This document shows positions 53,549-62,534 of a stretch of 64,000 nt of DNA, one piece after another. Below the pieces are notes generated by a model that saw only the letters and a list, made by a program, of their open reading frames with translations, had not been told where the DNA came from and did not search any database. The stretch's first letter is position 1. Each line of letters opens with the position of its first letter. The stretch comes from Oligoflexia bacterium (lineage in GTDB: Bacteria > Bdellovibrionota > Bacteriovoracia > Bacteriovoracales > Bacteriovoracaceae). The DNA lies in contig JADGAM010000002.1 of NCBI GenBank assembly GCA_015232015.1, positions 85 to 64,084 on the forward strand, read 5' to 3'. A program made the position numbers and the translations under genes.

Positions 53549-55387
53549 ATGTCTAATAATATACTTAGCAATACCATTAATACAATCAATTCACTTTATG
53601 AAGAAGATGACGAAAATAGCAATCTAAATGAGGGATGGTTCCAATATTGGAAAACATCTTCTTCCCTATGGAAAAATAAATTAGAGAAAATTACAAAGTC
53701 TAGACCATTATTTATCCCCATAAATTGGGCCGTTCATTTCACAAATAATGAAAATATTTCCACCTCAAATGGTCAAGATTCAAACCAATATGATTTTGGA
53801 AAACATTCTTCAGATAATAACATTGCTGATCTTGTTAGATTAACAAATGAATTAAATCTAAATGCCATTTTTTTATTACCAATAACTCCTAACCCTTTAA
53901 TTCAAAATGGAGGATTGCCGGCACCACTAGCAAAAATCCCTGCTATCTCTGAAGAAGGGTTAATGATAACTGTTTCTACTGCTGACGAAAAATTAAATAG
54001 AATATATTCTTTCTTTGACCCTAGAATATATAGGGAGTACGGAAAATTCACTCGTGAGTTCGGACAATTTATTTTTGATAATAATCTAAATATACATGTG
54101 GCCTTATTAAATTGCGGCCATCTCGATAAAAAAAACCATTTCATCTCTTATTTCGAAGACTATTCTAGTGCCTTTAAAAATGGCCTTATTAAATATATGG
54201 AAGTGAAAAAGAGAGAGTCTGAACAAAACTTCTCAGCAATACCAAATGTTAAACACGCCGATTACTGCCAACAAAATTCTTTAAATTTAGAAGCAATAAA
54301 AAGAACCGAATTTTACGAAATCATAAAAGACCTATATATTACTGCTTCTAAAGACGCTGTAAAAGATGCTTTTGAAGGTATTATCGATGTTGCTTTTTTA
54401 GGTGGATCTCCTTTTGATATTATCAATAGATCAATTGAAAAACATGAACATTCCAGTCGTTATTTTCCTCAAATAATGCAAACAAAAAATATTGATGTTC
54501 TTCCTTGCATTCTACTTCTTCCTAAAAATATCAAACAAAACATTATAGTGAGAGCGGTAAATAACTTTTTAGATAATACCTCTGTTCAAAACAAATTAGT
54601 AAATTTAAATTCTTATGAAAAGGATGAATTTGATTTTTCTCCACTTACATTTTTCCATTTATATCAGTCCTCTGTTGCAAATATAAACGCTATTGATCCT
54701 TGGAAATTTTCAGGACTAATTAATTATTTAGATAAAAATTATACTCAAACATACACTGTGTATTCTAGTACTAAAAATCTGTGCGATGACGACCTTACAT
54801 ATGATAAATCCTATTTCTTTTTAAGTTCTCATCTTAATAATAATGATTTTTATACTATTTTAAAAATTTTCATGAATGGCGGAAATGCAATAATTGATAC
54901 TTGTGGAATTTCTACAACATTTACAAAAAAACTAGATGCTTTCTTCATCGAAAATTCAATTCCATTACAAAGAATAAATTATGTAGCAGAAGTTACTTTG
55001 GCATCCATTGGTCAAGGGAAAATGATTCTTTTTAACAGAGATCAACTCACTAAAGAATCATTTGTAAAGAAACACTCCTTTTGGGAAAACATCATCAGTT
55101 ATTTTAATATTGATCACTTAAAAATAAATCATGATAACGATGTTTATTTTCAATGGAAAGGTCGTATGCCATTTCATACTGAAATTGAATTCATCGAAAT
55201 ACGTAGAGCAATTTTTTACAATCCTAGTAGTTATAAAAAAAGTGTAAAAATTCCTAAAAATAAAAATTTTATTTTATTAAAAACAATTGATGAACAAAAT
55301 GTTTCAATTAATATGAATGAAAAAGGACTGGATATTGATTTATTACCTAATTCATCGGTTGGTCTAGATTTTGGATATCGGGAATAA
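53549..55387 (+). CDS. Cytoplasmic protein of unknown function with weak GH42-like (TIM barrel + trimerisation-domain) landmarks
   Basis: 612 aa with no signal peptide. Reads ..FIPINWAVHF..NQYDFGKHSSDNNIADLVRLTNELNLNAIFLLPI.. (cf. GH42 W..hEP..G.ydF..ld..i.la.e.Gl.vil). Also ..DLTYDKSYFFLSSHLNNNDFYTILKIFMNGGNAIIDTCG.. (cf. the GH42 domain B pattern). This is motif-level only. Confidence 0.4.
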   Translation: MSNNILSNTINTINSLYEEDDENSNLNEGWFQYWKTSSSLWKNKLEKITKSRPLFIPINWAVHFTNNENISTSNGQDSNQYDFGKHSSDNNIADLVRLTNELNLNAIFLLPITPNPLIQNGGLPAPLAKIPAISEEGLMITVSTADEKLNRIYSFFDPRIYREYGKFTREFGQFIFDNNLNIHVALLNCGHLDKKNHFISYFEDYSSAFKNGLIKYMEVKKRESEQNFSAIPNVKHADYCQQNSLNLEAIKRTEFYEIIKDLYITASKDAVKDAFEGIIDVAFLGGSPFDIINRSIEKHEHSSRYFPQIMQTKNIDVLPCILLLPKNIKQNIIVRAVNNFLDNTSVQNKLVNLNSYEKDEFDFSPLTFFHLYQSSVANINAIDPWKFSGLINYLDKNYTQTYTVYSSTKNLCDDDLTYDKSYFFLSSHLNNNDFYTILKIFMNGGNAIIDTCGISTTFTKKLDAFFIENSIPLQRINYVAEVTLASIGQGKMILFNRDQLTKESFVKKHSFWENIISYFNIDHLKINHDNDVYFQWKGRMPFHTEIEFIEIRRAIFYNPSSYKKSVKIPKNKNFILLKTIDEQNVSINMNEKGLDIDLLPNSSVGLDFGYRE

Positions 55388-55402
55388 TAATCGGGAAAAA
55401 TC

Positions 55403-55873
55403 ATGAATGAAACTAACGCTTTATATTTAATTTATGCATCTCCAAACAGCTTTGTATCTTTCTATAATATACATTACATTATTTCCTCATTAGGAGAATT
55501 GGATAATTCCACTTTACTTAAAATTTATGAAAAATTATCTTCCAATAAATCATATTCAAATACTTCTTCAAACATTCCTTCGAATATAAATAGTGATAGT
55601 TGTATAAATTATGATTCTCACATACACGATAATAAAGCATTTGGATCATTTTATGATCTAACAGATATTAAAACTTTCATCATCGAATGTTTAAAAAAAT
55701 TTGAGCTTCAAATTGGTCATATGATTTCAGTTGAAGAGTATAATAACGGTCTAAGTTCTATTGATAATTTAAATAATTCAATAGAAATTTTTCATAATCT
55801 AGGTCAAAAAATTTCTGTTGAAGAAGAAACTTCTTCGACAAATAGTATCTTTAAAAAAATATTTAAGGGTTGA
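55403..55873 (+). CDS. Hypothetical protein (probably co-transcribed with 53549..55387)
   Basis: 156-aa ORF, 15 nt downstream of the previous stop. No domain recognised. Confidence 0.4.
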   Translation: MNETNALYLIYASPNSFVSFYNIHYIISSLGELDNSTLLKIYEKLSSNKSYSNTSSNIPSNINSDSCINYDSHIHDNKAFGSFYDLTDIKTFIIECLKKFELQIGHMISVEEYNNGLSSIDNLNNSIEIFHNLGQKISVEEETSSTNSIFKKIFKG

Positions 55874-55941
55874 TCTTTTAAATATTATTCGCTACTATCA
55901 TTCGATCTTTGCTCCTTTAAAACCTTAAAGGATAGTACTAT

Positions 55942-57033
55942 ATGCTAGAAGAAATATTAGAAAAAGATAAACAATCATTTGAAATACATGAAAATTTCTA
56001 TAACTTAACCATTACAGAAGTTGCAGAATATCTCAAACAAAATAATTATTCTAAATATATAACCACTCAGTTATTTAATTGGATCTATAAAAAAAATCAA
56101 GGCGACATAAATTCTTGGACTAACGTTTCTAAAAAATTAAAACTTGCACTTCAAGAGCAATTCTCTTTTGATATTCCTGAAATAACTACTACTCTCATAT
56201 CTATCGACGGCACGGCCAAGTTTTTATTTAAAATGCAAGACGGAGAAGTTGTTGAAGGAGTTTTAATCAAATTTCCAGATAGGCTCACTCTCTGTGTGTC
56301 AACTCAAGTCGGATGTGCTATGGGTTGTAGTTTTTGCTACACAGGTACAGAGGGATTTAAGCGAAATTTAAGGGTTAATGAAATCGTTGGGCAATATTTA
56401 GGAGCAGACTTATGGCTTAAGAAAAATCTAGAGCTCTATTCTCCCCTCAATAAAATAACAAACATAGTTTACATGGGACAAGGAGAACCTTTAAACAATT
56501 TTTTAAATGTAAAAAAGGCAACTTTAAACTTGATGGAACCGCAAGGAATTGCTCTTGGCCAAAGGAAAATTACACTATCAACATCAGGTTTAGTACCTCA
56601 GATAATGAAGCTAAATGATTTCCCTCCAATAAACATTGCAATCTCTTTACATTCTGCTAGAAATTATGTTCGAGACACCCTAATGCCTATAAACAAAGTC
56701 TATGATCTTAAACAATTATTTGATGCCATCAATACAATTCCCCTTAAGGCGCATAGACGTATTACCTATGAATATCTTTTAATAGATGGTCTAAACAATA
56801 CTATAGAAGATATTGAAGCATTATCAGAATTAATTTCTAGAAAAACTTCCAAGATTAATCTTATTCCTTTCAATGAATATCCAAATTCCAAATTTAAATG
56901 TCCCAGTGAAAGCAACATTGAATGGTTCTCAAATGAGCTCGGTAAAAGAAATTTTACCTCTACAATAAGAAAATCAAAAGGGAATGATATCTTAGCAGCT
57001 TGCGGACAGCTTAAAAGCAAGCAATCCATATAA
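55942..57033 (+). CDS. rlmN: 23S rRNA/tRNA (adenine-C2)-methyltransferase RlmN (radical SAM)
   Basis: Reads CVSTQVGCAMGCSFCYTG, ..NIVYMGQGEPLNN.., ..ITLSTSG.. and the C-terminal ..GNDILAACGQL. Confidence 0.9.
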   Translation: MLEEILEKDKQSFEIHENFYNLTITEVAEYLKQNNYSKYITTQLFNWIYKKNQGDINSWTNVSKKLKLALQEQFSFDIPEITTTLISIDGTAKFLFKMQDGEVVEGVLIKFPDRLTLCVSTQVGCAMGCSFCYTGTEGFKRNLRVNEIVGQYLGADLWLKKNLELYSPLNKITNIVYMGQGEPLNNFLNVKKATLNLMEPQGIALGQRKITLSTSGLVPQIMKLNDFPPINIAISLHSARNYVRDTLMPINKVYDLKQLFDAINTIPLKAHRRITYEYLLIDGLNNTIEDIEALSELISRKTSKINLIPFNEYPNSKFKCPSESNIEWFSNELGKRNFTSTIRKSKGNDILAACGQLKSKQSI

Positions 57034-57076
57034 TTTTTTCCATTAAGACCGTATAAAAATAAATTCTCTTAAAAAA

Positions 57077-57631
57077 TTATTTTTCCATACTTTTAGGATC
57101 GATCTGTGGTCTGAATTCACTGTTGACGTCGTATTCCCACATTACTCCTGTATAATCTGGTGTCTTGAAATCTTTTTTTCCTATTGATTTATCTTCAACT
57201 ACCGACGATGTTGATCTTCCTTCATTAACATTAGCAACTTCTCTTACACCATCATTTTTTTTCTCTAAATTATTTTTCTCTTTATCAGCTATCACGGCCC
57301 TCTCTACAGGATTTTCCAACTTATAAGTAATGGCGTCATCAATATCCGCATCAACAGTTTTAACAACTTGCTGAGAAGGTTTTGCTTCTACTTCATCAGC
57401 AACAATGTTCAAATTTGTCTTGCTACTATTGCTATTTGCTATTTGCTTCACATCAATTCCCTCTATTGTCTTGTTAATTCTATCCATATCACTTTTAATT
57501 TGCTCCTGATCATTGTTATGATTTATGGAATTTTTATTTGGAATATCTTCCGCACTAGAAATCATAATCAAATATTTACCTATAAAAATAATTACAAATA
57601 CTATTGAAATTAAAAAAGTTAGCTTAAACAT
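57077..57631 (-). CDS. Membrane-anchored hypothetical protein
   Basis: The N-terminal TM is FKLTFLISIVFVIIFIGKYLIMI. The rest is polar low-complexity. Confidence 0.45.
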   Translation of the reverse strand: MFKLTFLISIVFVIIFIGKYLIMISSAEDIPNKNSINHNNDQEQIKSDMDRINKTIEGIDVKQIANSNSSKTNLNIVADEVEAKPSQQVVKTVDADIDDAITYKLENPVERAVIADKEKNNLEKKNDGVREVANVNEGRSTSSVVEDKSIGKKDFKTPDYTGVMWEYDVNSEFRPQIDPKSMEK

Positions 57632-57780
57632 AAAATTTACTCTCTATTTAAATAAAGAAATATTTATAAATAATTATTTAATCATATGACAACTACTAAA
57701 TTTATTTCGTCTAGCGATCATTTTTCTTTAATTAATTTTTATTTTTTACACATAAAGTAATTTATTACCTTTTATCATTT

Positions 57781-57811
57781 AGGAATGGGAACTTAATAAC
57801 TTCCCATTCCT
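57781..57811. other. 11-bp perfect-stem hairpin in a divergent intergenic region
   Basis: AGGAATGGGAA-(9 nt)-TTCCCATTCCT. It has no flanking T/A run, so it is not an obvious terminator. Confidence 0.6.
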
Positions 57812-57956
57812 TAATTAAAACGTCTTATCTATATTTTTTAAGAAGTTTGTTTCTTTGTTTGTTTATTGTAATAATATTAAGTAAAAATAAAGGAAATATT
57901 AAAAATAAAAAAATATATATGTGAAATAAAGAATAAATGAAAATGAGGAGATCCAC

Positions 57957-58880
57957 GTGCGTTTACACAAAAAAGGAACAAGCAGCATTCTCAAATTAGT
58001 ATTTATTTTATTTACTCTTTTTTTAATTTTTTCATTGTACACAGTGAAAAATTTAACATCTAAGAGTGAATTATCCTTAGATTTGAGTAAAAATAAAGAT
58101 GATTCAATCGGCGTAATAGAAGTAAAAGGTATAATTTTTGAATCTACTAAAATTGTGGAAAATTTAATTACAGCTGAAAAAAACAAAAATATTAAAGCAA
58201 TTATTGTCAGAATTGACTCTCCAGGCGGAGCAGTAGCACCTACGCAAGAAATATACGAAGAAATTAGAAGAATTGATAAAATTAAACCAGTATATGCTAG
58301 TTTTGGAACTGTGGCCGCTAGTGGTGGCTATTACATAGGCGCTGCTGCTCGAAGAATTTATGCTTCTGCAGGAACTCTTACTGGATCAATTGGTGTAATA
58401 ATGCAATTTACTGACTTATCCAAGCTCTATGAATTTATAAGAATTAATCCTTCGGTTATTAAGTCAGGCCAATTCAAAGACATTGGTAATCCCTCTCGAG
58501 CACTTACTGCGAAGGAAAAAGAATTAATGCAAGATATGATTACAGGTGTTCATAAACAATTTATTAATGACATTCTAAAAAATAGAAAAAAAGTTATCGC
58601 TGGAAATATTTATGATCATGCTCAAGGGCAAATTTTTTCAGGAGAAGGTGCACTTAAAATTGGTTTAGTGGATCGTTTAGGCAGTCTTTGGAGCGCAGGA
58701 AGAGAAATACATGAGGAATTAAAATTAAAAGGTGAACTAAAACTTCAATATATAAAACAAAAAAAGACAAAATTTCCAATCTCTGATTTCTTCGACTATG
58801 TTGATGATGCCGCCACTTTCTTAAAAGGAATCATTTCTTTTAGTAAAGTACCATTGCTATTACACAATACTACTGATTAA
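57957..58880 (+). CDS. sppA: Signal peptide peptidase SppA (36K type)
   Basis: GTG start, with GGAG 6 nt upstream. Reads ..IDSPGGAVAPTQEIYEEI.. and ..VAASGGYYIG.. (Ser nucleophile context), ..GSIGV.. and ..SGQFKD... Confidence 0.85.
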   Translation: MRLHKKGTSSILKLVFILFTLFLIFSLYTVKNLTSKSELSLDLSKNKDDSIGVIEVKGIIFESTKIVENLITAEKNKNIKAIIVRIDSPGGAVAPTQEIYEEIRRIDKIKPVYASFGTVAASGGYYIGAAARRIYASAGTLTGSIGVIMQFTDLSKLYEFIRINPSVIKSGQFKDIGNPSRALTAKEKELMQDMITGVHKQFINDILKNRKKVIAGNIYDHAQGQIFSGEGALKIGLVDRLGSLWSAGREIHEELKLKGELKLQYIKQKKTKFPISDFFDYVDDAATFLKGIISFSKVPLLLHNTTD

Positions 58881-58907
58881 GATTAGAGTTAGGATTAAGT
58901 ACATATT

Positions 58908-60143
58908 ATGGAACTTCTTCTTTTATGGATTCAAAATCATCTACTTTCAGTAATTGCTTTAATAGTAACTACTGTATTAATTTTCCATTACGTAATTGAA
59001 AAAGATTATGCCATTAAACTTTCCAAAAAATATAGAAACTCTATTTATGAAGCTCAATCTAAGATTTTTTTAAATGCCACTCAACACTTGATCGTTGGTA
59101 ATCGAGACATGGCCATAAAAGAGTTTTTAAATGCCATGGATATCAATCGAGAAACTTTAGAAATATATTTTGCTTTAGGAGGATTATTTCGTAGCAATGG
59201 TGAAATCGAAAAAGCAATTAGCATCCACCGTTCTCTGATTGCTAGAGAAAATATCTCGGATTCTACAAGACTTCGAGCTTTAAAAGAATTGGCCATTGAT
59301 TTCGACAAAGGTGGATTCATTGACCATGCTATTGATACCTATAAAGATGTTCACAAAATAAATAAAGATCAACCAGATGTGCTATTGGCCTTATGTAGAA
59401 TTCATGAAGATATTGAAAATTGGGATGAGGCCTATAAATATCGTATAATGCTCTCAAAAGTTTCTAATGAAAATCAATCAGAAACTATTTCTCATATATT
59501 GGTACAAAAAGCAAAAAAGCTTTTCTATAAAGGAAATTACCATGAATGTATGGAAAGTTTAGAAGATGCCTTTAAATTTGCACCCTCAGTCTCTGCTAAG
59601 ATATTACAACTTAAATTATATATCATCCAAGGAAGTATCGAAGATGCTAAAGCATCTCTTCTGGAGATTCTTAAAGAACACCCCATGTATGCCTCATTTG
59701 TCTTCGTATCACTTAATGAAAGTATTACCAATTCTAAAGAACCACAAACAAAAGAAATGTATAATTTAAGATTAAAAACTATCAAAGAGATGTTCCTATC
59801 CCTTGACGATAAAGATTTATTAAATTCACCTTCAATTATTCTCTCTAAAATAAGATTATTAAAAGATGAACAAAAGATTGAGGAAGCATATCGTATATTA
59901 AAAAATTGGATGGATTTAAATAAAAATCACAGTGAGGCCATTAAAGCAGAATTTGTAAAAATACTAATTTCACTTGGTAGATATGAAGAGGCCATGACCC
60001 ACACAATGGAATTATTAGATAAAATTTATCAATCTTTGACTCGTCATTATTGCGGTCAATGTGGGTATAACTCTGATAGCATTTTTTGGAGATGTCCTCA
60101 ATGCAGAGAATGGGAAACAATTCAATTTAGATGGAAAATATAG
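58908..60143 (+). CDS. lapB: LPS assembly protein LapB/YciM (TPR + rubredoxin-type zinc finger)
   Basis: N-terminal TM followed by TPR-like repeats. The C-terminal HYCGQCGYNSDSIFWRCPQCREWETI matches the LapB CxxC..W.CP.C..W motif. Confidence 0.8.
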   Translation: MELLLLWIQNHLLSVIALIVTTVLIFHYVIEKDYAIKLSKKYRNSIYEAQSKIFLNATQHLIVGNRDMAIKEFLNAMDINRETLEIYFALGGLFRSNGEIEKAISIHRSLIARENISDSTRLRALKELAIDFDKGGFIDHAIDTYKDVHKINKDQPDVLLALCRIHEDIENWDEAYKYRIMLSKVSNENQSETISHILVQKAKKLFYKGNYHECMESLEDAFKFAPSVSAKILQLKLYIIQGSIEDAKASLLEILKEHPMYASFVFVSLNESITNSKEPQTKEMYNLRLKTIKEMFLSLDDKDLLNSPSIILSKIRLLKDEQKIEEAYRILKNWMDLNKNHSEAIKAEFVKILISLGRYEEAMTHTMELLDKIYQSLTRHYCGQCGYNSDSIFWRCPQCREWETIQFRWKI

Positions 60144-60926
60144 ATGAAAAATTTAAATTTTAATATACATTCAAATATAAGGAATAAGAACTTAAGAACT
60201 TGCCCATTTCAGCGCCAAAATACAAAAAAATTTTATTTACATACCTTTCGCCTTATACATTTTCTTTTACTATTTTTTTCCATATTAGTTTTGTTAAAAA
60301 CTTCTTTTTTAACAAATTCTTTTTCCGCAGAAAATAGTAACAATAATAAAACCAATATTAACACTGATGATGAAGCTAAGCTCCTAGATCCCATTGACTA
60401 CAAAGATGTTGATACTAATACTTCTAATAAAACTACCGAAGAAATAGTCAATTTACATTATGAAAAAAAAGGAAATGAAAATGAGATCAATGCTGAAAAT
60501 GAGAAAATAGAAGTAAAAGCAAATAAAAACGTAATAAAAATTAAACCTAAACAAGCAACTAATAGCAAGAATAATCAAGCACAAAAAAAATTTATCGGAA
60601 TATTTTATTTAAATAAAATTTTTGCAAATATTCATCAAAGGCCCTCTGCAGATTCTGATTCAATTAAAGCAATAGCTTGCGCTCATCCGCTAAAAATGTA
60701 TGAGATGCCCTCATCATCATCTTCTGACAGCGAATGGGCATTAGTGCATACTGAAAATGAAGAAGGATATATAAAGAAGAGCTTCATTTCAGAACAACGA
60801 AATATTGATTGTTTTCAAAATAACTATCCTAAATTTTTTAATTCTCTTAACCTAGATATGACTCAAATTTATTATTGGGGGAAATTACAAGATCAATTTT
60901 TATATGGTAAATCTAAGGTTAAGTAG
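60144..60926 (+). CDS. Membrane-anchored protein with C-terminal bacterial SH3-like domain
   Basis: The ATG directly follows the lapB stop. There is a TM (FRLIHFLLLFFSILVLL). ..ANIHQRPSADSDSIKAIACAHPLKMYE..EWALVHTENEEGYIKKSFI resembles SH3b. Confidence 0.5.
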   Translation: MKNLNFNIHSNIRNKNLRTCPFQRQNTKKFYLHTFRLIHFLLLFFSILVLLKTSFLTNSFSAENSNNNKTNINTDDEAKLLDPIDYKDVDTNTSNKTTEEIVNLHYEKKGNENEINAENEKIEVKANKNVIKIKPKQATNSKNNQAQKKFIGIFYLNKIFANIHQRPSADSDSIKAIACAHPLKMYEMPSSSSSDSEWALVHTENEEGYIKKSFISEQRNIDCFQNNYPKFFNSLNLDMTQIYYWGKLQDQFLYGKSKVK

Positions 60927-60987
60927 CCTTAGATAATAGCTTAAGCTTTTCAAGCTTAGCTTTAAAATAGCTTGAGATAAGGATATA

Positions 60988-61920
60988 TTGAAAATGAAAC
61001 AACTACTAAATATTTGTCTATTCTTCCTTTTTTGTGTTCTGCTGCTATCTAATTCTTCAAATGCTGCCGCTAACAATTCTAGCAAATCAGCTCCTCCTTC
61101 AGAAGAGACTCCTATTGATTTCTCTACAATAAAAAAAATTATAAAAAATGATCTTTTAGAAGATGTTGTCATTAAAAAAAATGAAATCATTCAAAACAAC
61201 AAAAAGGAACAGCAAAGAAAAAAAATTGAAACTTATCGTTTTCCTTCTATTGATGATTTTTGGTCATTCATCTCTGAATATTGGATAATACAAAATTCCT
61301 CAAGATTAATCTGGAATTTTGAAAAAGCAGATTATGGTATTGAAACTTCTGTACAAAGTATATTTGAAAACATGGGTTTATATGAAGTAAAATTCAAAAT
61401 ATTGCTTGTTAATAGTTTATCTCTTTATCATTTTGTCCTTCCTTCTGGGAATAACGAATGTATCTTCTTATTATCCTTCCCTCTTATGCGCACACTTGAT
61501 TTAACAAAAACAGAGGTTGCTTTGCTAATACTTGAAGATTATTTTCGCTTAAATCAAAATTATTTTAAGGATTATGTATATGAAAAAGAATTGGATAAAT
61601 TTATAGGAAATAATTTTTATCAAAAAAATTTTGAACTTTCCTTAATTAATAAAGTTTTAAAAAATTATTCCTACATGATTTTCGAAAAAGGCTTTTCACC
61701 ACAGCAGCAATACGAAGTAACAAAAAGAATAGCAGAAAGTATAAAAACAAATTCTAAATTATTAGTTGCCTATACAGGACTACTTAACAAGCTAGACCTT
61801 CTTGTGAAAAACAATAAAGATTATCGTAATTATAATAAAATTTATCCAACACCAGAAATGCAACTTAAATGGTTAAGTGTAAATTCTAAGGATATAAATA
61901 AATTTTCTAAAAACAACTAA
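60988..61920 (+). CDS. Secreted hypothetical protein
   Basis: Signal peptide ..ICLFFLFCVLLLSNSSNA/AAN. No catalytic motif recognised. Confidence 0.45.
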   Translation: MKMKQLLNICLFFLFCVLLLSNSSNAAANNSSKSAPPSEETPIDFSTIKKIIKNDLLEDVVIKKNEIIQNNKKEQQRKKIETYRFPSIDDFWSFISEYWIIQNSSRLIWNFEKADYGIETSVQSIFENMGLYEVKFKILLVNSLSLYHFVLPSGNNECIFLLSFPLMRTLDLTKTEVALLILEDYFRLNQNYFKDYVYEKELDKFIGNNFYQKNFELSLINKVLKNYSYMIFEKGFSPQQQYEVTKRIAESIKTNSKLLVAYTGLLNKLDLLVKNNKDYRNYNKIYPTPEMQLKWLSVNSKDINKFSKNN

Positions 61921-61947
61921 ACTATACTCTAATTATTTTTTACCCTT

Positions 61948-62262
61948 ATGTTGCTTTTAAATAAAATAAGAGAAAAATTTAAATATCAAAATCAACTAGA
62001 AATTAAATTCTCACTGTATTATTTCTTTTCATCACTACTTTTTATATTAACTTTTTTCATAGTTATTTCAATCGCAGTATCTTTTCATTTTTTGCTTGAT
62101 CATCAAATCGGAGAAATAAAAGATTGGTTATACAAAAATCAATGGAATATTATATCCATTTCCAAAATTATTTCTTTCATAATAATTATTATATTATTTA
62201 ACAATACATCTACAATTAGACTTAATCTAAAAACAATTAAATATTTATCTTTTCCCATGTAG
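61948..62262 (+). CDS. Possible small membrane protein (doubtful; overlaps the ExbD-like gene convergently)
   Basis: 104-aa ORF with two hydrophobic stretches. The last 124 nt overlap the 3' end of the minus-strand ExbD-like ORF. The ORF could be an artefact of AT-rich sequence. Confidence 0.25.
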   Translation: MLLLNKIREKFKYQNQLEIKFSLYYFFSSLLFILTFFIVISIAVSFHFLLDHQIGEIKDWLYKNQWNIISISKIISFIIIIILFNNTSTIRLNLKTIKYLSFPM

Positions 62263-62477
62263 AATTCACCTGTGGGAGACATAGAAAGAATAACTTGAGT
62301 TGAAGAGAGTTTGAGAGTATTTACTTTCTTTGTTTTTGGCAGTTCTAATTTTATACCATTGTACATTAAAGGAGCAGTTAACATGAAAATAACTAATAAT
62401 ACTAAAACGACGTCAACAAAAGGTGTAACGTTTATATCGGATATTGCTTTTTTTTGTGGTCTTAAGTTGAATCCCAT
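62139..62477 (-). CDS. ExbD/TolR family protein (short, atypical C-terminus)
   Basis: MGFNLRPQKKAISDINVTPFVDVVLVLLVIFMLTAPLM..LELPKT.. is a canonical ExbD/TolR N-terminus and TM. It is only 112 aa, against ~135-145 for typical members. The last ~33 aa are Ile/Leu-rich and unlike the family. Confidence 0.7.
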   Translation of the reverse strand: MGFNLRPQKKAISDINVTPFVDVVLVLLVIFMLTAPLMYNGIKLELPKTKKVNTLKLSSTQVILSMSPTGEFYMGKDKYLIVFRLSLIVDVLLNNIIIIMKEIILEMDIIFH

Positions 62478-62534
62478 ATTTTTATTCCTAATCTCTAACT
62501 ATCAGCTCTAATCTGTCAGTAGTACCACAATGTT

